A stretch of DNA of 64,000 bases from Gemmatimonadota bacterium (GCA_025357945.1 JANYLJ010000056.1:60646-124645), one strand, 5' to 3'. Numbered from the stretch's first letter, positions 17,562 through 26,915 are shown. The notes: generated by a model from the letters alone, not told the origin. A program made the numbers and translations.

Positions 17562-18809
17562 GTGGATATTGCTGAACTGAAGCAGAAGTCCGTTGCCGAG
17601 CTGCACGCGCTGGCGGCGGAACTCAACATCACCAACTACTCCGGCCTCCGCAAGCAGGACCTGATCTTCCGGATCGAGCAATCGCTGCTCGACAAGGACA
17701 CGGTCATCCGCGGCGAAGGCGTCCTCGAGATCCTCCCCGAAGGGTACGGCTTCCTTCGATCACAGGACTGGAACTACCTCTACGGTCCCGACGACATCTA
17801 TGTCTCACCCTCCCAGATCAAGCGCTTCGACCTGCGCACCGGCGACACGGTCACCGGTCAGGTGCGCCCCCCCAAGGAAGGGGAACGCTACCTCGCGCTC
17901 CTCAAGGTCGAGAGCGTCAACTACGAGGAACCGGACAAGACCAAGTCGCGAATCGCGTTCGACAACCTCAAGCCGCGCTACCCCGACCAGCGCATCCGTC
18001 TGGAGCTGAAGAACAACGACCTCGCGATGCGCGTCGTCGACCTGATGTCGCCGATCGGCAAGGGGCAGCGCGGCCTGATCGTGGCACCCCCCAAGGCCGG
18101 CAAGACGATCCTGCTCCAGAAGCTCGCCAACGCGATCACCGAGAACCATCCCGAGTGCTACCTCATCGTGCTCCTGATCGATGAGCGCCCCGAAGAAGTC
18201 ACCGACATGCAGGAGAACGTCGCCGCCGAGGTGATCGCCTCGACGTTCGACGAACCCGCCGACCGTCACGTGCAGGTGGCCGACATGGTGATCGAGAAGG
18301 CGCGCCGGCTCGTGGAACACGGTCGCGACGTGATCATCCTGCTCGACTCGATCACCCGCCTGGCCCGCGCCCACAACGTGGTGGTGCCGCACTCGGGCAA
18401 GATTCTTTCCGGCGGCGTGGACGCCAACGCCCTGCAGAAGCCAAAGCGGTTCTTCGGCGCCGCCCGGAACATCGAAGGCGGCGGTTCGCTCACCATCGTG
18501 GCGACCGCCCTGATCGACACCGGTTCGCGCATGGACGAGGTGATCTTCGAGGAGTTCAAGGGCACCGGTAACATGGAACTGGTGCTCGACCGCCGCCTCG
18601 CCGACCGGCGGATCTTTCCGGCGATCGACATCAACAAGTCCGGCACCCGCAAGGAAGAGTTGCTGCTCGACAAGGACGAACTCAACCGCGTCTACCTGCT
18701 CCGCAACTTCCTTGCCGACATGCCGGTCGTCGAGGCGATGGAGTTCCTGCTCGAGCGCATGAAACGGACCAAGACGAACAAGGAGTTCTTCGCGACCATG
18801 GCGCAGTGA
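17562..18809 (+). CDS. rho: Transcription termination factor Rho
   Basis: Part of ORF 17304..18809. GTG at 17562 follows GGAGAG and begins [23 protein letters not shown], a typical Rho N-terminus. Walker A is [17 protein letters not shown]. The ORF-track 5' extension overlaps the M50 gene and does not look protein-like. Confidence 0.95.
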   Translation: MDIAELKQKSVAELHALAAELNITNYSGLRKQDLIFRIEQSLLDKDTVIRGEGVLEILPEGYGFLRSQDWNYLYGPDDIYVSPSQIKRFDLRTGDTVTGQVRPPKEGERYLALLKVESVNYEEPDKTKSRIAFDNLKPRYPDQRIRLELKNNDLAMRVVDLMSPIGKGQRGLIVAPPKAGKTILLQKLANAITENHPECYLIVLLIDERPEEVTDMQENVAAEVIASTFDEPADRHVQVADMVIEKARRLVEHGRDVIILLDSITRLARAHNVVVPHSGKILSGGVDANALQKPKRFFGAARNIEGGGSLTIVATALIDTGSRMDEVIFEEFKGTGNMELVLDRRLADRRIFPAIDINKSGTRKEELLLDKDELNRVYLLRNFLADMPVVEAMEFLLERMKRTKTNKEFFATMAQ

Positions 18810-19228
18810 TCCCCGCCACCGGCCGCGTCCTTGGCCTCGACTGGGGCACCTCCCGCATCGGCGTCGCCATCAGTGACGAAACCCAGCTCGTCGCCTCGCC
18901 ACTCGACACGCTCACGCGCCGGGCAGGTCGCCGTCTCCCGCTCGCCCAGTTCCTCACCATCATCACGCGCGAATGTCCCGTCGGCCTTGTCGCGGGGCTG
19001 CCGCTCGACGACTACGGCCGGGAAGGCGAGTCCGCATCCGCCGCGCGCGAAATGGGCCGCATCTTCGCCGCGCGCACCAACCTGCCGATCGAGTGGGTGG
19101 ACGAAAGCTTCAGCACCGCGCAAACACTCGAGGCGATGATCGCAATGGGCCGACGACCCACCATCAGCAACATCGATCGTTCGGCCGCCGCTGAGGTGCT
19201 GCAACAGTGGCTGGACAAACGGCGATGA
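18806..19228 (+). CDS. ruvX: Holliday-junction resolvase-like nuclease RuvX (YqgF)
   Basis: ORF 18806..19228 with a GTGA overlap onto the rho stop. Contains [28 protein letters not shown]. Confidence 0.9.
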   Translation: MIPATGRVLGLDWGTSRIGVAISDETQLVASPLDTLTRRAGRRLPLAQFLTIITRECPVGLVAGLPLDDYGREGESASAAREMGRIFAARTNLPIEWVDESFSTAQTLEAMIAMGRRPTISNIDRSAAAEVLQQWLDKRR

Positions 19229-20358
19229 GAGAGACCAGAGGAGAGGCGAGAGACGAGAGACGAGAGACGAGGGGAAAAGGCGAGATGACGAGGTCGGCCC
19301 TTCCCGCTTGTCTCGTCTCCCGTCTCTCGTCTCTCGTCTCTCCCTTTTCGTCTCTCGTCTCTCGTCTCTCGTCTCTCGTCTCTCCCTTTTCGTCTCTCGT
19401 CGCTCGTCGCTCGTCGCTCGCCGTTCTCGTCGCCCTCGTCGCGTGTTCCACCGGCGCGTTGGAGCGCGTCCCGATCCCGCCCGGTTCCACGGTGCGCGCC
19501 GCGGCGGAGTCGCTCGCCGCGCATGGCGTCATCCGCTCGCCAGCGTGGTTTCGCTTGCGCGCCCGGTTGGCGCACACGGATCGCACCGTCAAGGCCGGTA
19601 TCTACCAGTTCGCGCGCGGCAGCAGCACGGGCACCGTGCTCCGCCGCCTCAAGGCTGGCGATGCGGTGCGCTTCCGGATCACGCTGCCGAGCGGAGGCAC
19701 GTTGTTCGACTTGGCGCGGAGTGCCCACGTAACACTCGACATTCCCAGCGACAGCATCGTGGCGGCCGGAAGCGATTCAGCGGTACTGCAGCGATTCGAA
19801 CTGCCAGGGCCGAGTGTCGAGGGATGGCTGCTGCCGGAGAGTTTTGACTTTGGCGGCTTCGATGCCGCCCGCGACGTCATCGCCCGGTTTGTGACGGCGC
19901 GGCAGCACGCGTGGGACTCCACCTGGGATGCGCGAGCCGCCGCACAGCACCTCGATCGCAAGGCCCTGATAACGCTCGCAAGCATCGTGGCCGCCGAGGC
20001 GAAGGATCCGGCCGAGCAGCCAATGATCGCGGCGGTCTACCGCAATCGGCTGAAGCAACACATGCCGCTGCAGGCAGATCCGACGATCCAGTATGCCTGG
20101 CTGCTCCGCACCGGTAGCCGGAAGGGACGGCTGTACAACGGTGACTACCTGCTCGACTCACCGTGGAACAGCTATCGACATCCGGGACTGCCGCCGGGAC
20201 CGATCGGCAATCCATCGCGCGAAGCGATTGAAGCCGTCCTCAACCCCGCCAGGATGTCCTACCTCTATTTCGTGGCCGGGCCGGATGGGAAAAGTCTGTT
20301 CGCGACGACGTACGCGGAGCACCGGAGGAACATCACGCGCGTGCGGGGTGACGAATGA
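19225..20358 (+). CDS. mltG: Endolytic murein transglycosylase MltG (YceG)
   Basis: Part of ORF 19207..20358. Conserved core: YRNRLKQHMPLQADPTIQYAW...NSYRHPGLPPGPIGNPSREAIEAVLNP. The start is uncertain: ATG 19225 (ATGA overlap with ruvX), GTG 19207 or ATG 19285. All three lie upstream of the repeat-encoded segment and the hydrophobic anchor LAVLVALVAC. Confidence 0.85.
   Translation: MRETRGEARDERRETRGKGEMTRSALPACLVSRLSSLVSPFSSLVSRLSSLVSPFSSLVARRSSLAVLVALVACSTGALERVPIPPGSTVRAAAESLAAHGVIRSPAWFRLRARLAHTDRTVKAGIYQFARGSSTGTVLRRLKAGDAVRFRITLPSGGTLFDLARSAHVTLDIPSDSIVAAGSDSAVLQRFELPGPSVEGWLLPESFDFGGFDAARDVIARFVTARQHAWDSTWDARAAAQHLDRKALITLASIVAAEAKDPAEQPMIAAVYRNRLKQHMPLQADPTIQYAWLLRTGSRKGRLYNGDYLLDSPWNSYRHPGLPPGPIGNPSREAIEAVLNPARMSYLYFVAGPDGKSLFATTYAEHRRNITRVRGDE
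19241..19420. repeat. Heptanucleotide (CGTCTCT/GAGAGAC)-based tandem and inverted repeat block
   Basis: GAGAGACGAGAGACGAGAGACG at 19248-19269 is the perfect reverse complement of CGTCTCTCGTCTCTCGTCTCTC at 19321-19342. Five more heptamers follow at 19349-19384, then CGCTCGT-type units to about 19420. Confidence 0.9.
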
Positions 20359-20422
20359 GGTCCTCCCGTGCCGTGGTCGGGCACCGCCGTTGCGACCGAT
20401 ACGGCGGCGAGGACCTCGCGGG

Positions 20423-21037
20423 TCACCTTTCACCATAGGTCCGCGCCGCCCCCTCAATATCCGCCACCGCCAGGATCCCCCGCACCACCGCAACACCCGC
20501 AAACCCCGCCGCACGCGCCACCGCCACATCGTCAGGCACCACGCTACCGATCACGACGCACGGCTTCCCGCCTGCCCGCGCGAGAATGGTCCGCGCGCCC
20601 GCGAACCCGAGGGCCGCACCCGCGTCGTGCTTCGTTGCCGTGTCATTCAGCGGTCCGACCCCCCAGTAGTCCGCATCCTTGCCGCGCAGGATTTCGGCTT
20701 CGGTGCCCACCGACGCGCCGATCACGAACCCCGGCGGAACGATTCGTCGCGCCAAGGCCGGCGGCAGATCGTCCGGGCCGAGGTGCACCCCCGCGGCACC
20801 AGCCGCGAGTGCCACATCGACCCGATCGTTCACGAACAGTGGCACGCCTAACTCCGCCACGAGGCGGCGCGCCAGGTCGAAGAGCAACCGGTCGGAAGCC
20901 TGCTTGAGCCGCAGTTGCACCGCCGTCACACCACCGCGCGCCGCCGCCTGACAAACGGCCACAATGTCACGCCGGCCAAGGAGGGCGTCGTCGGTCACCA
21001 GCAGGAGCCGGAGGGCGGCAGCTAGATTCTCGCGCAT
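20423..21037 (-). CDS. thiE: Thiamine-phosphate synthase
   Basis: The 3' part of track ORF 20423..22216. ATG at 21037 gives MRENLAAALRLLLVTDD...VTAVQLRLKQAS...VHLGPDD...IGASVGT...DYWGVGPL. The ORF-track 5' extension is antisense to the rlmI-like gene. Confidence 0.85.
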   Translation of the reverse strand: MRENLAAALRLLLVTDDALLGRRDIVAVCQAAARGGVTAVQLRLKQASDRLLFDLARRLVAELGVPLFVNDRVDVALAAGAAGVHLGPDDLPPALARRIVPPGFVIGASVGTEAEILRGKDADYWGVGPLNDTATKHDAGAALGFAGARTILARAGGKPCVVIGSVVPDDVAVARAAGFAGVAVVRGILAVADIEGAARTYGER

Positions 21038-21049
21038 GAGGACAGCAAG

Positions 21050-22204
21050 ATGAGCTGGGCGACAGTCTCGGCGCGCGGGGCCGCGCGTTGGGCCGCCGGT
21101 CACCCGTGGATCTATCGCAGCGACGTCGTGAGTAATCCGGACGCCCCGGGGATCGTGCCGGTGCGCGACAATCGCGGCAAGTTCCTCGGCCAGGCGCTCT
21201 GCTCGCCCCGCTCCGAGATCCGGCTTCGGCTGCTCGAACGCAGCGATGCGCCGATCAGCCCCGCCTGGTGGCAAGCCCAGTTCGAGCGGTGCCGCGAGCG
21301 TCGGCAGACGATTGATGCCAACGCCTGGCGCGCGGTGCACGCCGAGGGAGACGGCCTGCCCGCGTTGATCGTGGACCGGTATGACCGCTGGCTCGTTGTT
21401 CAGCTCCTCTCGGCGGCGCTCGAGACCCAGCGCGGGCCGATCATCGACGCCCTTCGGGCAACCTTCCACCCCGACGGCATCCTGTTCCGCCATGATGTCC
21501 CGACGCGCAAGCTCGAAGGGCTGGACGACACGGTCGAACTCGCCTGGGGCAACGTGCCCGAGCGAGTCGAGGTGCGCGAGGGAGACGTCCGCTGGTTCGC
21601 GGCACCGTGGACCGGCCAGAAGACCGGCGCGTTTCTCGACCAGCGCGACAACCGACTCCTGATGGGCGGGCTCGTCCCCGCCGGCGGAAGCGCGCTCGAC
21701 TGCTTTGCCTATCACGGCTCGTTCGCGCTGCACCTCGCCCGGCGGGCGGGTGCCGTGGCCGCGCTCGACGTGAGTCAGGAGGCGCTCGCCCGGGGCGCCG
21801 AGAACGCGGCGCTCAATGGCGTCACCAATATCGAGTGGATCGGCGGTGACGCGTTCGACGTCCTCGCCGAGTGGGGGAAGGACGGCCGCCGATTCGATGT
21901 CGTCGTCGTCGACCCGCCGGCCTTTGCCAAGAGCAAGGCACACGTCGCCGCTGCCTTGCGCGGATATCACGAAATCAACCGCCGAGCGATGCACCTGGTG
22001 GCACCCGGCGGCTGGCTGCTGACCGCCAGCTGCTCGTTCCACGTCCCGCGACCACAGTTTCTCGAGATGGTCGCCCGCGCGGCCGCCGGCACCGGCCGGC
22101 GGTTCACACTGCACCGGATTCTTGGGCCTGGTGTGGATCATCCGGAGGTGATCACGATTCCGGAGACGGGGTACTTGAAGGGCGTGATTCTCCGGGCGGA
22201 TTGA
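21050..22204 (+). CDS. rlmI: Class I SAM-dependent rRNA methyltransferase, RlmI/YccW-like (PUA + MTase)
   Basis: ORF 21050..22204. N-terminal GHPWIYRSDV (PUA-like), a SAM-binding region ALDCFAYHGSFALHLA, and DVVVVDPPAFAKSK. The symbol assignment is tentative. Confidence 0.8.
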   Translation: MSWATVSARGAARWAAGHPWIYRSDVVSNPDAPGIVPVRDNRGKFLGQALCSPRSEIRLRLLERSDAPISPAWWQAQFERCRERRQTIDANAWRAVHAEGDGLPALIVDRYDRWLVVQLLSAALETQRGPIIDALRATFHPDGILFRHDVPTRKLEGLDDTVELAWGNVPERVEVREGDVRWFAAPWTGQKTGAFLDQRDNRLLMGGLVPAGGSALDCFAYHGSFALHLARRAGAVAALDVSQEALARGAENAALNGVTNIEWIGGDAFDVLAEWGKDGRRFDVVVVDPPAFAKSKAHVAAALRGYHEINRRAMHLVAPGGWLLTASCSFHVPRPQFLEMVARAAAGTGRRFTLHRILGPGVDHPEVITIPETGYLKGVILRAD

Positions 22205-22235
22205 CGCGCCGCCCACAATTCACGACTTTGCAGCC

Positions 22236-23093
22236 ATGCTTTCCGCGCAACAACTGCTCAGCACCCCCAACAGGCGGCGTCCGCTCCGCTCGCTGCGCCA
22301 GCAGTACGATCTGTACATCATGGACCGGATCGAGCACTACAAGAACAGGATCTCGCGCGAGGAGCTCCTGCGACAGGCCGACGAGGCGATGATCGATCTC
22401 CGCGGCGACGAGCAATTCCTGCTCACCGAAGTCCTCGCCCAGACCGCGGTCGATGAGTACATCAAGAAGCGTCTCGGCATTCGCGGGTTCGCCAGCTGGC
22501 GAAAGTCCTTCCCCAAGTTGCGCGCTGCGCAGCGGGACCCGACCCACTGGGGCCTGGCTGCCAATCACCTGGTCGCCAGCCTCGCGCCGCGAGTGGAACC
22601 CGACGATCCGGTCCTGGTCGTCGGTTGCGGGGCCGAGTCGTGCGCCTACCTCCTCGCCGCCCACGACACCGCAGTGACCTTTCTCGATCGCGACTTCGGT
22701 GTCGTGGGCCGGGCCGAGGATCGCATCGCGATGGAGTCGCTCTCCTCCACCTTCGAGGCCATCTGCGTGCAGTTCGGCAAATGGCTCCCCTGTATCAGCG
22801 GCAACTACCAGTTGGTGGTGCTCGACGCCGGGACGCTCGCCTCGCTGAACCCGAACGAACGCCGGGTGCTCCTGGCGGAAATCCAGTCGCTGACGGCCCC
22901 CGGCGGCCTCCATGCGCTGGTGCCCGATGCGCTGGGAACCGGGCCCGAAGGGCTGGCCGGCCACTACGCCACCTGGCAGCGGGAGTCGGTTCCTCATGCC
23001 GGGCGGCGGGCGCGTGGGGCACCATCGCGCGGTGCGTTGTTCGTCAAGCCGGCGGCAGAAGTCGCCGACCAGCGCCAAGGCGTGAGGGCGTAG
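22236..23093 (+). CDS. Hypothetical protein with methyltransferase-like Rossmann segment
   Basis: ORF 22236..23093. VLVVGCGAESCAYLLAAHDTAVTFLDRD resembles SAM-MTase motif I. I recognise no other family. Confidence 0.55.
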   Translation: MLSAQQLLSTPNRRRPLRSLRQQYDLYIMDRIEHYKNRISREELLRQADEAMIDLRGDEQFLLTEVLAQTAVDEYIKKRLGIRGFASWRKSFPKLRAAQRDPTHWGLAANHLVASLAPRVEPDDPVLVVGCGAESCAYLLAAHDTAVTFLDRDFGVVGRAEDRIAMESLSSTFEAICVQFGKWLPCISGNYQLVVLDAGTLASLNPNERRVLLAEIQSLTAPGGLHALVPDALGTGPEGLAGHYATWQRESVPHAGRRARGAPSRGALFVKPAAEVADQRQGVRA

Positions 23094-23126
23094 GCAGGTC
23101 GGCTGCGGTCGGAATCTCCGAGCCGT

Positions 23127-23166
23127 TAAAAGCGCATCGGGCCGGCAGCATGCCGGCCCGATTTAC
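23127..23166. terminator. Bidirectional intrinsic terminator hairpin
   Basis: A perfect 10-bp stem, CGGGCCGGCA-GCA-TGCCGGCCCG (23138-23160), flanked by AAAA (23127-23130) and ATTT. Lies between the convergent 22236..23093 (+) and 23202..23306 (-) genes. Confidence 0.6.
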
Positions 23167-23201
23167 TTGCGCTCGCGAAGTTAAACGCGAGTGCCGCGAA
23201 A

Positions 23202-23306
23202 CTACTTTTTCTTCGCGGCCTTCTTCTTACCACGCTTCGCGGTCTTCTTCGCGCCGCGCTTCGCGGCCTTCTTGCCGCGCTTCGCGGCCTTCTTACGAGC
23301 TGCCAT
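23202..23306 (-). CDS. Small highly basic Lys/Ala/Arg-rich protein (34 aa, histone-H1-tail-like)
   Basis: Below the ORF-track size cutoff. The reverse strand reads GGGAGGCTCC-ATG GCA GCT CGT AAG AAG..., giving MAARKKAAKRGKKAAKRGAKKTAKRGKKKAAKKK then a stop. Strong SD (GGAGG, 4-nt spacing). The terminator hairpin lies about 40 nt downstream. Confidence 0.55.
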   Translation of the reverse strand: MAARKKAAKRGKKAAKRGAKKTAKRGKKKAAKKK

Positions 23307-23398
23307 GGAGCCTCCCTGAAGAGTTGGTTGCGTGAGTCATCGTCGTACGCGCGATGATCACGGCGACGACCCCGGCACCTTGTGCGGAGTAGCGTCGG

Positions 23399-23426
23399 CA
23401 TATACAAGATCGAAATTTTCCCGCAA
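23399..23426 (-). promoter_or_regulatory. Candidate sigma-70 promoter for the small basic protein gene
   Basis: The reverse strand reads TTGCGG-N16-TATATG, about 90 nt upstream of ATG 23306. The match is weak to moderate. Confidence 0.3.
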
Positions 23427-23970
23427 CGCGCAATACCCCCCGCTGATCCGAACCACCGGCGGCGTGTCGGCTCGCGTCCGCCCACGGTGCTGGCGGAACC
23501 GGTTCGGACACCGTTTGGCCTCGCTGGTACACCAACACGCGACACGCGTTCGCGTCGTGTGTACTCGCCAACAATGGCGTGTTCGCCACGCAACGATCGC
23601 GCTGAACTCCAGTATCGGCACTTGTTTGCGCGTGATTGATATCGGACGCGCGCGCCGCGAACGGAATCCTCGCGCGCCAGGCGGCGCAACACATCACGAG
23701 TGCACCGATTCGCCGACACCGACGGCGTGAACGCAAAAAATCCCCGGTACTGGTCCCGAGTCGGTCGGTGCGCGTCAACCCGGAAATCCCCCGCGAAAGC
23801 ACTTTTTTCACACCCGCGAGTCGGCCGGGGGTCGTTGCGACACCGAGAGGAGGCGCAGCAATGCTGTGCCCATACCGCCAGATTTTTCCGCGCGCGGTCG
23901 GTTTCTCTCGCCTCTCATCCCTCGTCTCTCTTCTGTATATTCCCGCCGTTCTCCAATCGTCAGGTGTCGC

Positions 23971-25014
23971 ATGCTCGCACTCATCAAGCCAGCTCCCGGT
24001 ATCGGCATGGAACTGGTCGAGCGTCCCGTTCCCACGTTCGGTACTCGCGATATTCTCATCAAGGTGCATCACGCCGGTGTGTGTGGTACCGACCTGCACA
24101 TCTGGGAATGGGATGCCTGGGCCGCCGGACGATTGCGGCCACCGGTCGTGATCGGACACGAGTTCGCCGGCGAGATCGCCGACCTCGGTGCCGAGACGCG
24201 CGCCGAGGGACTCTTCGCGGTCGGTGACCTTGTGACGGCCGAAGGCCACGTCATCTGCGGCCACTGCGTGCCGTGCCGCACCGGCAACGGCCATCTCTGC
24301 GTCCGGACCTCGGTCATTGGCGTGGACCGCGACGGTGCCTTCGCCGAATACATCGCCATGCCCGCCTCGAACGTGATGCACCTGGACGGCATCCCCACCG
24401 AAATCGGCGCCATCATGGACCCGATCGGGAATGCGGTACACACGGCGCTCGAGGGTGGCGATATCGCGGGGAGCACTGCCCTTGTCCTCGGCTGCGGACC
24501 GATCGGCTGTTTCGCTGTCGGCGTCCTCCGCGCAGCCGGCGCGTCGCTGGTGATCGCCTCCGACTTCAACGACACCCGCCGCGAGCTCGCCACCAGGATG
24601 GGTGCCCACCACGTCTTCCATCCCCAGGACGACGACGTCGTGGCGCGCGCCCACGAACTCACCGGCGGTCTCGGCGTCGACCTGGTCTGTGAAATGAGCG
24701 GCCACCCATCCGGTCACGCGACGGCGTTCGCTGCCGCGCGACCGGGCGCCCGGGTCAACCTGCTCGGCACGCCGAGCCGCACGACCGAAGTCGACTTTGC
24801 TCGCGACGTGATCTTCAAGGGGCTGACCCTCTACGGCGTCACCGGCCGGAAGATGTATTCCACCTGGATTCACATGAAACGCCTGTTGCAATCGGGACAG
24901 CTCGATCCCCGGCCGGTGATCACCCACCGCTTCCCGATGGAGCGGATCGCCGATGCGATCGGCGTGATCAAGGATGGGTCCGCCGGCAAGGTCATCCTCG
25001 AGGTCGCCCGATGA
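23971..25014 (+). CDS. tdh: L-threonine 3-dehydrogenase
   Basis: Part of ORF 23866..25014. ATG at 23971 gives MLALIKPAPGIGMELVERPVPTFGTRDILIKVHHAGVCGTDLHIWEWD. Zn-ADH fold with GCGPIG. Confidence 0.95.
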   Translation: MLALIKPAPGIGMELVERPVPTFGTRDILIKVHHAGVCGTDLHIWEWDAWAAGRLRPPVVIGHEFAGEIADLGAETRAEGLFAVGDLVTAEGHVICGHCVPCRTGNGHLCVRTSVIGVDRDGAFAEYIAMPASNVMHLDGIPTEIGAIMDPIGNAVHTALEGGDIAGSTALVLGCGPIGCFAVGVLRAAGASLVIASDFNDTRRELATRMGAHHVFHPQDDDVVARAHELTGGLGVDLVCEMSGHPSGHATAFAAARPGARVNLLGTPSRTTEVDFARDVIFKGLTLYGVTGRKMYSTWIHMKRLLQSGQLDPRPVITHRFPMERIADAIGVIKDGSAGKVILEVAR

Positions 25015-26219
25015 GTGACGCCGCCAACCCGCTCGAACACCGACTGCGCGACCAGCTGGCGCAGTTCCGCAACGATGGCGTCTACAAGCAGTTCAACCAC
25101 CTCGAATCGCCGCAGGCACCGCGCGTGCGCATGGAAGGACGCGGCCAGGTCATCATCCTCTCGTCCAACAACTACCTCGGGCTGTGCGACGACAAGGTGG
25201 TCATGGCGGCCGGCAAGGGCGCCATCGACCAGTTCGGCGCGGGCACCGCGTCGGTCCGCTTCATCTGCGGTACGTTCACCATTCACCGCGAACTGGAAGC
25301 CGCCTGTGCCCGCCTGGTCGGCACTGACGCGTCCGTGTCATTCGTCAGCTGCTGGAACGCCAACGAAGCCCTGCCAGCGACCGTCCTCACCGACCGGGAC
25401 ATCATCCTTTCCGACCAGCTGAATCACGCCTCGATCATCGATGCCCTGCGGCTGGCCAAGTCGATCACCAAATGCGAGACCGGCGTGTTCAAGCACGGCG
25501 ACTACGCCGACCTCGACCAGAAGCTTGCCGCCGCTTCGGCCAAACAGGTCAAGATCGTGGTGAGCGATGGCGTGTTCTCGATGGAAGGCTCGATCGTGAA
25601 TCTGCCCGCCCTCATCGCGGTGTGCCGCAAGCATGGTGCGCTCGTCTGGCTCGATGACTCGCACGCGACCGGCGTCCTCGGCGCCCGAGGGCGGGGCACC
25701 GCCGAGCACTTCGGCCTGCACGGTCAGGTCGACATCATCACCTCGACCCTCGGCAAGGCGCTCGGCGGCGGCGCCGGCGGGTTCGTCGCCGGCTCCTCGG
25801 CACTCTGCGATTACCTCATGCAACGCGCCCGTCCCCAGCTCTTTACCAACGCCCTCCCCGCCACGGTCGCCGCCTCGGCACTGGCCGCCATCGAGGTCCT
25901 TGAGGCCGAGCCGGAACGGGTCGCCAGGCTGCGGGAAAACACCGGCTATTTCCGCCAGGGGCTCCTCACGCTCGGGTTTCGACCCCTTGCGGGCGATACT
26001 CCTATCGTCCCTGTGATTCTCGGTGAAACCGCGGCCGCGATCCGGATGAGCGAGCTCCTGCTGGACGAGGGCGTTTTCGTCACCGGCTTCGGTTTTCCCG
26101 TGGTGCCCCAGGGGCAGGCGCGGGTGCGCTGCCAGATCTCGGCGGGGCATACCCGTGAGGACCTGGACCAGGCGCTCGCCGCCTTCGCTCGAGTCGGCCG
26201 GCAGCTCGGCCTGATCTGA
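25011..26219 (+). CDS. kbl: Glycine C-acetyltransferase (2-amino-3-ketobutyrate CoA ligase)
   Basis: ORF 25011..26219 with an ATGA overlap onto tdh. PLP-lysine context ITSTLGKALGG, and FICGTFTIHRELE. Confidence 0.95.
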   Translation: MSDAANPLEHRLRDQLAQFRNDGVYKQFNHLESPQAPRVRMEGRGQVIILSSNNYLGLCDDKVVMAAGKGAIDQFGAGTASVRFICGTFTIHRELEAACARLVGTDASVSFVSCWNANEALPATVLTDRDIILSDQLNHASIIDALRLAKSITKCETGVFKHGDYADLDQKLAAASAKQVKIVVSDGVFSMEGSIVNLPALIAVCRKHGALVWLDDSHATGVLGARGRGTAEHFGLHGQVDIITSTLGKALGGGAGGFVAGSSALCDYLMQRARPQLFTNALPATVAASALAAIEVLEAEPERVARLRENTGYFRQGLLTLGFRPLAGDTPIVPVILGETAAAIRMSELLLDEGVFVTGFGFPVVPQGQARVRCQISAGHTREDLDQALAAFARVGRQLGLI

Positions 26220-26276
26220 GCCCGCGGTCTGTTCCTTGCGGCTTTCGGTCCTAACGTTCTTTCAGGAGACCACCCG

Positions 26277-26915
26277 ATGATGCTCTTCCGACACCGTGTC
26301 GCGATCGCTGCCGTGGTACTCGCCGCCGCCATGCATGGGACGGCCGCTGCACAGCGCAACGACTCGTACACGTGGAAGCTCGGACTCAATGTCGGCGCGA
26401 TGGCGTTCCAGACCGTCGGCCAGGCGCAAACCACCGTGGTGCCTTCCGGTGGCGCCCACTTCCTGATCATGGCACATCGGGGCGGCTTGCTGGTCGGTGT
26501 TGATGAAGGGGTGGGCAAGAATGAGCACGCCACCGGCAACGTGCTGTTCAACGACATCCGCCGCTACCAGGCGGTGCTCATGGCCTTTCCCGTCTCGGGA
26601 CCGCTCGAGCCGTACTTCGGCGGTGGCGTCGGCATCCTGCAGATCGTCGGCCCGCGCGTGGATCGCAACCTGATCACCGATCCGTCCCAGCAAGCGAGCA
26701 TCCTCGCCGATGCCCGGGACCGGAGTGCCACGGGGTTCCTCACCATCCTCGCCGGCATTCAGGGGCGCTGGAAGCGGTTCACCGTGTTCGCGCAGTACGA
26801 AGCGGCTACGTCGCCGAGCGACGACAAGCTGCTCCACGGCTCGACGCAGTCGCTGCTCGGCGGCATTCGCATCGGGCTCGGCAGCGCGCGAGAGGGTGTC
26901 AGCGCGGGGAATTAG
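26277..26915 (+). CDS. Secreted outer-membrane beta-barrel-like protein (hypothetical)
   Basis: ORF 26277..26915. Signal peptide MMLFRHRVAIAAVVLAAAMHGTAAAQ. Alternating beta-strand-like pattern. RBS CAGGAG. Confidence 0.65.
   Translation: MMLFRHRVAIAAVVLAAAMHGTAAAQRNDSYTWKLGLNVGAMAFQTVGQAQTTVVPSGGAHFLIMAHRGGLLVGVDEGVGKNEHATGNVLFNDIRRYQAVLMAFPVSGPLEPYFGGGVGILQIVGPRVDRNLITDPSQQASILADARDRSATGFLTILAGIQGRWKRFTVFAQYEAATSPSDDKLLHGSTQSLLGGIRIGLGSAREGVSAGN

Noticed and set aside
23830-23970. Glycine or other riboswitch in the tdh-kbl leader. ACCGAGAGGAGGCGCA vaguely resembles the ACCGAAGGGGCAA core.
   Set aside because: Only one short, imperfect core-like string is present. I found no second conserved segment (CUCUGGAGAG-type) and no paired helices.
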